Source: an uncultured Chloroflexia bacterium (GTDB taxonomy: Bacteria; Chloroflexota; Ktedonobacteria; Ktedonobacterales; JADMIN01). From it: a stretch of DNA of 32,000 bases. Under the pieces are notes generated by a model. That model ran no database searches. It had not been told where the DNA came from and was given only the letters and a program-made list of their open reading frames with translations. Made by a program: the position numbers and the translations under genes. The DNA lies in assembly GCA_963718915.1 (NCBI GenBank), contig CAVRAI010000015.1, positions 1-32,000 on the forward strand, in the 5' to 3' direction. Below, piece after piece: positions 1 to 7,158 of this stretch (position 1 is the first letter of the stretch; every line of letters begins with the position of its first letter).

Positions 1-415
1 AACGTTTGGTGTGAGTTAGGCGCTCGTGCACAGGGAGCAAGTAGAAAGGAGGCGCCACAGTGGCAGACTGAGGGAAAGACCAATTCCTCGAAAAGGAGGC
101 CCTCAGATGCTCGATGTGGACACCTTCCTAACGACAGTCTACGTGTTGGTGGACGAGTACGACAAGACCGCCTTGCCGCCCGACCCGCCGACGCCTGGCC
201 CCGCTCCGGCGCTCGCGCGCAGCGAAGCCTTGACGTTGGCGCTCTTCGCCCAATGGGGCCTGTTTGCGAGTGAGCGGGCCTTCTACCGCTATGCCGAGCG
301 CCATTTGCGCCCGGCTTTCCCGACCTTGCCCGCGCGCAGCCAGTATAACCGCCAGGTGCGCCGCCTGAGTGCCGCCTTGATCGCGGTGGGCATCGCGGTG
401 GGCCAGTGGGTCGCG

Positions 416-441
416 GCGCGGCTGCGCGGCGCGGCTGCGCG
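416..441. repeat. Perfect 13-bp tandem duplication (GCGCGGCTGCGCG x2) causing the transposase frameshift
   Basis: Read directly: the unit at 416-428 is repeated exactly at 429-441. Confidence 0.95.
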
Positions 442-746
442 ACACGCTGGCGGCAGCAGGCGGAGCAGGCGGAGCGGACGATGCCTACGAAGTGGTCGAT
501 AGCCTGGGGGTGGCGACGCGGCATAACCAACGCCAAGGACGCGGCTGGTTGCCGGGCCAGGCGGCGCGGGGCTACTGCAATCGGCTCGGCTGGTACGTCG
601 GTTTCCATGTGCTGACCGTCGTCACGCCCCAGGGAATCCTCACCGGCTTTGGCATCGCGCCCGGCAACAGCGCCGACCAATGGCTCGCGGAGACGTTGTT
701 CGCCGCCCGCCACCACCCGCACTCCCGCTGGCCCGAGGTGGGCCAG

Positions 747-782
747 CCGCACGCGCCGCACGCGCCGCACGCGCCGCACGCG
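747..782. repeat. 9-bp tandem repeat CCGCACGCG x4, in frame within the transposase (HAPHAPHAPHA)
   Basis: Read directly. Four contiguous identical 9-mers. A second 9-bp repeat, GCAGGCGGA x2.5, lies at 456-478. Confidence 0.95.
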
Positions 783-1188
783 GCGCAGTGGTATCTGGCC
801 GATACCGGCTTTGAGGGCGCCCGCTGGGTCACGCCGTGGCGCACCCAGTACCAGGCGCGCGTCCTCATCCCGCCCAAGCGGGGCACCGAGCGTCAACGCC
901 CCGTGCAGCCCTGGTCCCACGCTGCGCGCCATGCCTTTGCCCGCTGCCGCCAGATCATCGAGAGCGTCCATGACAAGCTCCTGCACACCTTCGGCCTGGA
1001 GCATGAACGCCCCCATGCGCTGCCGGGGTTCCGCGCCCGCCTCGCCGCGCGGGTGACGCTCCATAATCTCTGTTGTTGGCTCAATTACCAACTCGGACGT
1101 CCTTTGCTCGCTTTTGCTGATCTGATCGACTGGTAAGGAGTGCCCAGATAACTCACACCAAACGTTGAAGGCCCCGACGAATGGGGAC

Positions 1189-1225
1189 GGAAATTCGCCG
1201 TAGCGTTCACGCTACGGTCTGCCTC
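1189..1225. repeat. REP-like hairpin element (GGAAATTCGCC - hairpin - GGTCTGCCTC)
   Basis: GGAAATTCGCC GTAGCG TTCA CGCTAC GGTCTGCCTC lies 23 bp beyond the right end of the IS. The same flanking modules recur in both orientations at 9308-9580. Confidence 0.7.
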
Positions 1226-1228
1226 CGT

Positions 1229-1256
1229 ATGACAACAGCCCAACCGGATGTAGTAT
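1229..1256 (+). promoter_or_regulatory. Candidate promoter ATGACA-N16-TAGTAT upstream of the lipoprotein gene
   Basis: -35-like hexamer at 1229-1234 and -10-like hexamer at 1251-1256. The composite motif TGACAAC-N8-CGGATGTAG is shared with 2896-2919. Confidence 0.35.
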
Positions 1257-1377
1257 CACCCCCACGCACAAACACACAAGCGAGACATATAACATCTGCG
1301 CCTTGACGTATCTCGCCCGTCTGATATTGTAGCGAAAGGAGTTGTACGTGTACGTCGTCCCCTGGAGGTATTGACTC

Positions 1378-2847
1378 ATGAAGGCAGGTGGAAAACGCCT
1401 GTTTCCGGTGCTATTTCTTCTCTTGTTGACCTCATGCAGCCTGCCCGGGCAGCAAGCATCACCGCCTGTGAAACGGATACATATCAGCGGGTTGATCTAC
1501 GGCGCGGATATTGTCGCGGCCATGGCTGGTCGGGTCGCGGCGCCTCGGCATATTGCCGCGCGCGTGCGTTGCAACGAGAGTTCGGGGATTGCGGACGCCA
1601 GCGGGCACTATACGCTCGCGGTGCGCCAGGCCGATACGTATCGCTGCGCAGTGTCATATCCCGGCTATACCGACGGCAAAGCGGTCATCGGCGCCGCTAC
1701 GCCACAACAGGACATATCCTTGACTTTCGGGCCGATAGCCTCAACCTCCTGCGATTCCGCAACGCCCTCTACCGCCATCACCTGCTCGCCGCTGACCCCT
1801 GTGCCGGGGACGCTCACAGGCGCGGTCACGCTTGCCGATTCGCACAGCCCGCTGGCAAACGCCACGGTCGAATGCTGGTCCAACATCGATCAGCCGCAAT
1901 TGACCAATCTTACGTTGGCCACAACCGATGCACAGGGGCGCTATACCTTGCCCTCAGCTGCCATTGGGCCAAATGATTGCACCGTTCTGGGAAAAGACGA
2001 TATCTACGCGGCAACTGTTGACGGCAGCAAGACGACAACGCTCGATATACACGTCTGCCAGAATCGCTGTGGAACTTTCCATTATCACGGCGGAAGTATT
2101 ATGGAGTCCTTCAGCGCTTATGTCATCTTCTGGCTACCGCCCAATTACAGCTACGAACCGTCTGGCAGCAGCGCGCGCTTCGAGTCGCTCATCTCACGCT
2201 TTTTCAGCGATGTGGGTGGCTCAGGTCTCTATGGTCTGCTGACGCAATACTGGGGCATTCAGGGGCAGATTCATAACCGCGCCGAGCTTGGAGGGGTCTA
2301 CCGTGACACGCGGCCCTATCCGGCGCCAGGCACGCGCGCGCATCCACTCGTCGATAGCGATATTACCACGGAGATTGGCCGTGCGATGAAGCTGAATGGG
2401 TGGTCAGAATCGCCCACGCATGAGTTCTTCGTCATCACTGGCTATAACGTGCAGGAATGTTTCGTGGCCAATCATCGAGATGGGTGCACGTTTTATACAG
2501 GACACGACGACTATTGCGCCTATCACGACCATAGCGGTGGATTGATCTACGCCTACATCTCTGTCTCGAACTTTTGCGTGCCGTTGCCAGCTAATTCTCC
2601 CAACGGCGATGCCATCGCGGATACGACCATCAGCATCGTCTCGCACGAGCAGTTCGAATCAGTCACCGATCCACTGATTGACGCGTGGTTCAGCAAGGCA
2701 GAAACCGATGGCGAAGTGGCGGACCTCTGCCTCGATCATTACGGCCCGCTCCGCGCTGACGGCAGCAATGTGACACTCAGCAACGGCCACCACTACATCG
2801 TCCAGGAGGAGTGGAGTCGACGCGCGGGCAGATGCGCCCTCAGTTGA
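1378..2847 (+). CDS. Secreted lipoprotein: two carboxypeptidase-regulatory-like repeats plus a Cys-rich C-terminal domain that may be EXORDIUM/PHI-1-like
   Basis: GGAGG lies 10 nt upstream of the ATG. Signal peptide with lipobox LLTSC. Two beta-sandwich-type segments (SGHYTLAV..., AQGRYTLPS...). The C-terminal ~270 aa begins FHYHGGSIMESFSAYVIFW and has multiple conserved-looking Cys residues. Confidence 0.7.
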   Translation: MKAGGKRLFPVLFLLLLTSCSLPGQQASPPVKRIHISGLIYGADIVAAMAGRVAAPRHIAARVRCNESSGIADASGHYTLAVRQADTYRCAVSYPGYTDGKAVIGAATPQQDISLTFGPIASTSCDSATPSTAITCSPLTPVPGTLTGAVTLADSHSPLANATVECWSNIDQPQLTNLTLATTDAQGRYTLPSAAIGPNDCTVLGKDDIYAATVDGSKTTTLDIHVCQNRCGTFHYHGGSIMESFSAYVIFWLPPNYSYEPSGSSARFESLISRFFSDVGGSGLYGLLTQYWGIQGQIHNRAELGGVYRDTRPYPAPGTRAHPLVDSDITTEIGRAMKLNGWSESPTHEFFVITGYNVQECFVANHRDGCTFYTGHDDYCAYHDHSGGLIYAYISVSNFCVPLPANSPNGDAIADTTISIVSHEQFESVTDPLIDAWFSKAETDGEVADLCLDHYGPLRADGSNVTLSNGHHYIVQEEWSRRAGRCALS

Positions 2848-2894
2848 CCGCGCCAGTCGGCTATTTCTGCCCGCGCACGGCATAACAGCTACCC

Positions 2895-2922
2895 GTGACA
2901 ACCTTCCTGTCGGATGTAGACT
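2895..2922 (+). promoter_or_regulatory. Candidate promoter GTGACA-N16-TAGACT upstream of the membrane protein gene
   Basis: Contains the same TGACAAC-N8-CGGATGTAG composite motif as 1230-1253. Confidence 0.3.
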
Positions 2923-3081
2923 TGCTCCTACCCGCCCCTTCCGCCACATGGAGCACGTGGCATGGACCCGAGGCATCCCTTCCTCCAGCTAGTCATCTTG
3001 ATTGTATGGACTTTTGTGAGAGCATCGCCGTCAATCAGGCGTATCTTTAGCTAGACGACCGTCGCAGTGTGGAGGGGGAAG

Positions 3082-4416
3082 ATGGCGATGACATCCGAGA
3101 ACGTGCCGCGGGAGATGAGTCCTGCGCTCACCACGGAGACGCCTCAAGCGTGGATACGCACCAGCAAACGGCGCCGCCTGTGGAGGATTGGCAGCACGCT
3201 GCTGGTGGTGGGCGCGACGCTGCAGGTCGTAACGCTGCTCCTCCCCTGGGACCATCTCGCCATCCCTAGTGAGCATCAGGCGTTTGACTTCCCGGTCTCC
3301 GCTTTCATCACCAATGTTCCCTTCTCGGAGGTCATCTTCGCATTTGGGTGCCCTGCTGACATTATTGCATGCCCACACCTCACGCTGGCAGCGATCTTCT
3401 GGGATGTGCTCTGGCGAGGCGCGCTGCTCTTCATCGGCCCACTGCTCGTGCTGGCATACCTTGCGGTACGCCGTGTGGCGCTGCGCTGGTCGTTCGCGGT
3501 CCTGTTTGGGCTGTGGCTGCTCTACACGACGGGGCTGGCGGTGTCATTCGTCGCCACCGCATATGCCATCGACACCGGCGGGGACGACGCGCCGAATCAA
3601 CCTTCCTGGTGGCCGTCCTTCTTCCGTGTGGGCGTGCCACAGGCCGGAGCCAGCGGCAATCCCGTCACGCCCGCGTGGGGCTTTTGGCTCTACCTGGCGG
3701 CGCTGGCGCTGTGTTGGCTGGCGCTGGGCCTGACGATCGCGAGCTTGCTTCGCAGGCGCGGCGAGAACGCCGCAGGCGCCGAGCGCGAGGAGCCGGCACG
3801 CGCGAGAAAGGCGCCGCTTGCCGCTATCCTGGTGACGGGCGGCGCCATCATCTGGACGATCAGTCTGGCAGGACTGCCGCTGGTGGTGGCAGATTGCAGT
3901 CGGCCGCTCGTGCCCATGGCGCCGACTGAGGTGCAGGAAGTCTGCCTATCCGCTGCCAGGGTCTATCCCCTCCAGGTGAGCGTGGTGAACTATCTCTACC
4001 TGGACGCGGTACCAGCACAACCCATCTCCCCCGCCAAGCAAGGGATGCCCGGTCCGGCGCTGCTGGGCATCCTCAAGTACTTCCGCGATTTTGAGCTGCT
4101 GGTGTTGGCAGTCATCGCCACGCCGCTCGCGCTCGTGGCTATGTGGCGACGACTGCCTGAGCGCGGACTGGCTGTCTGGCTGTCAGCGTGGGTCGTGCTG
4201 GGTCTCTTGGGGACTGGCTTCCTGCTCGGGGGACTTAGTGTGCTGCTCTCCCCCAATCCGCCGACGTTCGTTCGTCCCGTGTTCGCGGTGGGCTTTGGGC
4301 CAGGGGCCGTGTTGGCGCCGCTGGGGATAGCGGTAATGGTGGCTGGCGTGATAGTGTACTGGCTCCATCTCCATAGAGGCGGTCTGGGACCAGCGTCTAC
4401 TGCCAGGGCGGTCTAG
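3082..4416 (+). CDS. Polytopic membrane protein, function unknown
   Basis: Long ORF (track 3067-4416). The ATG at 3082 follows GGAGGGGG. It has many hydrophobic helices, and a charged loop (RRRGENAAGAEREEPARARK) separates two hydrophobic blocks. No family recognised. Confidence 0.6.
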   Translation: MAMTSENVPREMSPALTTETPQAWIRTSKRRRLWRIGSTLLVVGATLQVVTLLLPWDHLAIPSEHQAFDFPVSAFITNVPFSEVIFAFGCPADIIACPHLTLAAIFWDVLWRGALLFIGPLLVLAYLAVRRVALRWSFAVLFGLWLLYTTGLAVSFVATAYAIDTGGDDAPNQPSWWPSFFRVGVPQAGASGNPVTPAWGFWLYLAALALCWLALGLTIASLLRRRGENAAGAEREEPARARKAPLAAILVTGGAIIWTISLAGLPLVVADCSRPLVPMAPTEVQEVCLSAARVYPLQVSVVNYLYLDAVPAQPISPAKQGMPGPALLGILKYFRDFELLVLAVIATPLALVAMWRRLPERGLAVWLSAWVVLGLLGTGFLLGGLSVLLSPNPPTFVRPVFAVGFGPGAVLAPLGIAVMVAGVIVYWLHLHRGGLGPASTARAV

Positions 4417-4570
4417 TGCGTCGTCCTGGTCTTCCTACCCCGGCGGAGCATCTGTTTACCCCTCTACACAAACGTCAGTCGGTCACGGCACGCCTCGATC
4501 AAGCGGACTCCGCCATGTGGCTCTATTGCCCCTGAATGCAAGCTATTGGGCGGCCAGGTATGTGTGGTGG

Positions 4571-5363
4571 CTACTTCCCGCGCACGGCATAGACCCGGCG
4601 CGCGAGCACGCTGACCATCTCGCGTTCCGGCCAGCTGAGCGCCGTCAGGCGGCCACCGAAGACGCAGCCCGTATCAATATTGATCGTGTTGTTCTGCCAG
4701 ACCGGCTCCGCGACAGGCGTGTGGCCGTAGACGACCGTCGCCGCACCCGCGTAGTCCGCCGCCCAGTTGACCCGGATTGGTAACCCATTCTCATCGTGCT
4801 CACCCGTGGGTATGCCGTAGAGCGTAAAGGCGCGAATGCGCGGCGAGTCGCACCCGTGATCGGCCTCGCGAATGCCCGCGTGCGCCACCACCAGTTGTCC
4901 GCCATCCAGCACGAGATGCGTGCCCAACCCGCCAATGAACCGCTCATACGCCGCGGCCCACTCGGCGCGCTCGCCCTCCGGCAGCGCCTCGATCTGCGCG
5001 ATACTCTCGGCCAGCCCGTGTTTGATCTGCACGTTGTGGCCCAGCAGATAGCGCAGCAGCTTGTTGTCGTGGTTGCCGGGCACGCAGAACGCCTGCCCCG
5101 CCTCGACCATCCGCCGCGCCAGCGTCACCGATTCGACGATCTTCGGCCCGCGATCCACCAGGTCGCCGACAAAGACGAGACGCCTGCCCTGCGGGTGGCG
5201 CATTGCGGAGGACTTCGTCGGACCGATAGCCAAGCAGCCCCAGGAGCTCGATCAGTTCATCATAGCAGCCATGCACGTCGCCGACGATATCAAAGGGGCC
5301 GAGTTCATCGCGGCGGTCGGCCCTGGCCGCCATCTCTTCAGGTGTTACAGGCGTCACATACAT
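4571..5363 (-). pseudogene. PrpE/ApaH-like PPP-family metallophosphoesterase, frameshifted
   Basis: The N-terminal motif DIVGDVHGCYDEL is in one frame (ATG at 5363 after GGGAG). The motifs VFVGDLVDRGP, GNHDNK and INIDTGCVFGGRLTAL are in another frame (ORF 4571-5233). The frame change must lie within about 5200-5215. Confidence 0.75.
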
Positions 5364-5380
5364 CTCCCTGGCACATCGCG

Positions 5381-5992
5381 CTAGCGGGGCGTCTCTGGCC
5401 CGGGACGGAACGGTTCGCCATGCCCCGGCACGATCAACGTCGCCAGTCGCAAGACGCGCTCCCGGTTCGCATGCAACTCCGCCGGGTCGTGGGAATACGG
5501 GTCGTCGGCGGGGCCGCTCGCCATCCACCAGAGATGCGTGAAGGCGACGATATCGTCGGGGGTACCCGCCAGCGTCGTGATGTCCTGCGGCGTGTGGCCC
5601 GGCGTCGCGATCAACTGGATCGCGGGCGAGAGATGGTAGCCTTCGGCGGGCTGGTCGATCCAGGAGTCATCCTTGTAGATGGCCTGAAAATCGTGGACGC
5701 GCGCGTTGGGGAAGAGTGCGGTATGCAGCGTGTGGTCGGGATGATGATGGGAGATGACGACATCGGTGATCGAGCCTTGCGACTCGCCGAGGCTGGCAAG
5801 CGGGCCGAGGATGTCGTCGCGATGGGCGACCATGCCGGGATCGACGATCAGGCGAATCGCGCCGTCACGCACGTAGGCGACGGTGGAGGCGACGCGCGTG
5901 CCATCACCACTCCGGCGGACGTAGCCAGCGGTCAGGATGTGTACCTGCGCCGTGCGTGCAAGCTGGATGCTCTCGTTGTTCGCGCTGCTCAA
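5381..5992 (-). CDS. MBL-fold metallo-hydrolase
   Basis: HHHPDH metal-binding motif (VISHHHPDHT), about 200 aa. TTG start preceded by AAGGAG. It sits 29 nt downstream of the 6022-7068 gene and 17 nt upstream of the phosphoesterase gene. Confidence 0.8.
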   Translation of the reverse strand: MSSANNESIQLARTAQVHILTAGYVRRSGDGTRVASTVAYVRDGAIRLIVDPGMVAHRDDILGPLASLGESQGSITDVVISHHHPDHTLHTALFPNARVHDFQAIYKDDSWIDQPAEGYHLSPAIQLIATPGHTPQDITTLAGTPDDIVAFTHLWWMASGPADDPYSHDPAELHANRERVLRLATLIVPGHGEPFRPGPETPR

Positions 5993-6021
5993 GCTGTTTC
6001 TCCTTCATCCAACAGATGTCA

Positions 6022-7068
6022 CTAAATGAGGCTTTGGGCCTTGAGTTCGGCCATCTCTCTCTTTATCTTATCTTCGAGATCCTTGATTCCAGTGTAGAAA
6101 ATGCATCTATGTCCCTTAGCGTCAAATTCCAGATTAACGCCATTTCTAGCCAGTAGCAGAGTGGGTCTACCTTTTCCCCATGCAAAACCTACCTCAAGGT
6201 ACACATTTGGGTTCGCCCCGCTTAGCTCAGCTATGACGAGTGCTGCTGTTTCAATCTTCCGCTTCATCCATTCCATAATCTCGCCAGTGAAGCTGATGTG
6301 ATCCATCCGCTCGCATAAGTACCCTGACACATGAACGGGAGCTTCGATTCCGTAATAGAAGACATCGTTCATATCTGTATTGAATGGCATAGCCACGAAA
6401 ACATGCGGCTCCTTGTGCGAACCTGCGCCTCCACGCGCAGCAGGCAGCCGCTGAATTTCGCTACCGGTATCAATTTCGCTACCGGTATCAATAAGGTATG
6501 TGCCGACGGAAGCACTTTTCGACACTTTCGCTGGACCTGTGCCGCTTGATAAGTACTCATCAATTGAGCCGCGAAGTCGAGCTATACGCGTCGCGTCTCT
6601 ATCCACTATAGTAATAGCGCGAAGATGAGGCAAGAATGGCAAGTTCTGTGCGGCCTGAATAGCGTCCAGGCAGCCTTCGAGTTCGGCACGACACGCTTCC
6701 GCCTCATCGAGACCGTAGCCGACGCCATGAATGGTCATGCAGACGTGCTCGGTAGTGGGCGCATATTGGTTCACCCCTTCGAGCACTTGCGCAGCGAACG
6801 ACCGAATTTCTCGATAGCCAAACATGGTCAGGCGCTGAACGCCAACAAATAGCGCGTGCTTTGCGCGCGCATTTCCGAGCGTCTCGACATATCGAAACGC
6901 GCCAATGGCAGGTTGCAGTTCCCCCAATGAGATACCCGCTCTTTGAAGCGAGTAAGCCAGACTCGAGTCTGCGCCGTAAAATGCCTGAGCATACTTGAGA
7001 GCAATGATATCAGCGTCAAAAGTAAAGATGTCGCCTTGCGCAATTGCAAACTCGATCGTTGGCAACAT
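6022..7068 (-). CDS. Two-domain protein: N-terminal macro-like domain plus C-terminal nucleoside 2-deoxyribosyltransferase-like/TIR-like domain
   Basis: ATG preceded by AGAGAGG. N-terminal segments GDIFTFDADIIALKYAQ, HALFVGV and VCMTIHGVGYGLDEAEA follow the macro-domain pattern. C-terminal segments HVFVAMPF...ALVIAELSGANPNVYLEVGFAWGKGRPTLLL follow the NDT-like Rossmannoid pattern, including an acidic catalytic-type Glu. G+C is markedly lower than in the flanks. Confidence 0.6.
   Translation of the reverse strand: MLPTIEFAIAQGDIFTFDADIIALKYAQAFYGADSSLAYSLQRAGISLGELQPAIGAFRYVETLGNARAKHALFVGVQRLTMFGYREIRSFAAQVLEGVNQYAPTTEHVCMTIHGVGYGLDEAEACRAELEGCLDAIQAAQNLPFLPHLRAITIVDRDATRIARLRGSIDEYLSSGTGPAKVSKSASVGTYLIDTGSEIDTGSEIQRLPAARGGAGSHKEPHVFVAMPFNTDMNDVFYYGIEAPVHVSGYLCERMDHISFTGEIMEWMKRKIETAALVIAELSGANPNVYLEVGFAWGKGRPTLLLARNGVNLEFDAKGHRCIFYTGIKDLEDKIKREMAELKAQSLI
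6454..6492. repeat. 18-bp perfect tandem duplication in the interdomain linker (encodes IDTGSE IDTGSE)
   Basis: AATTTCGCTACCGGTATC at 6454-6471 is repeated at 6472-6489, followed by 3 nt of a third unit. Confidence 0.95.
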
Positions 7069-7158
7069 ATAGACCTCTCTATCGCAGATAGGACGGCTGG
7101 TTAGGCATAGTGTACACCCATCTCCTGCCGATAGGATAGAGGCTGCTTGTCGCGCGGT

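Larger units (their letters stand above)
107..1136 (+). pseudogene. IS982-type DDE transposase, frame-disrupted
   Basis: ATG at 107 is preceded by AAGGAGG. The N-terminal frame (part of ORF 26-502) reads LDVDTFLTTVYVLVDEY...FPTLPARSQYNRQ. The second frame (ORF 492-1136) carries VVDSLGV, YLADTGFEG and RQIIESVHDKL, which look like the D, D and E motifs. The two frames are separated by a 13-bp tandem duplication at 416-441. Removing one copy in silico joins them with no stop codon. Confidence 0.75.
1..1166 (+). mobile_element. IS982-family insertion sequence with complete ends and an inactivated transposase
   Basis: Perfect 18-bp terminal inverted repeats: AACGTTTGGTGTGAGTTA at 1-18 and its reverse complement at 1149-1166. 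A DDE transposase is encoded between them. The ~1.17 kb size fits IS982-type elements. The left flank lies outside the window, so a target-site duplication cannot be checked. Confidence 0.8.

Noticed and set aside
400-500. Programmed ribosomal frameshift in the IS transposase
   Set aside because: No slippery heptamer of the A AAA AAG type is present. The frame change is fully explained by the 13-bp tandem duplication, and IS982-type elements normally encode a single ORF.
5364-5528. Upstream extension of ORF 4944-5528
   Set aside because: It overlaps the 3' end of the MBL gene. The ATG at 5363, preceded by GGGAG and followed directly by the conserved DIVGDVHG motif region, is the credible start.
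4796-6025. 409-aa plus-strand ORF spanning two genes
   Set aside because: Antisense to both the phosphoesterase and MBL genes. It has a high-GC shadow-ORF composition.
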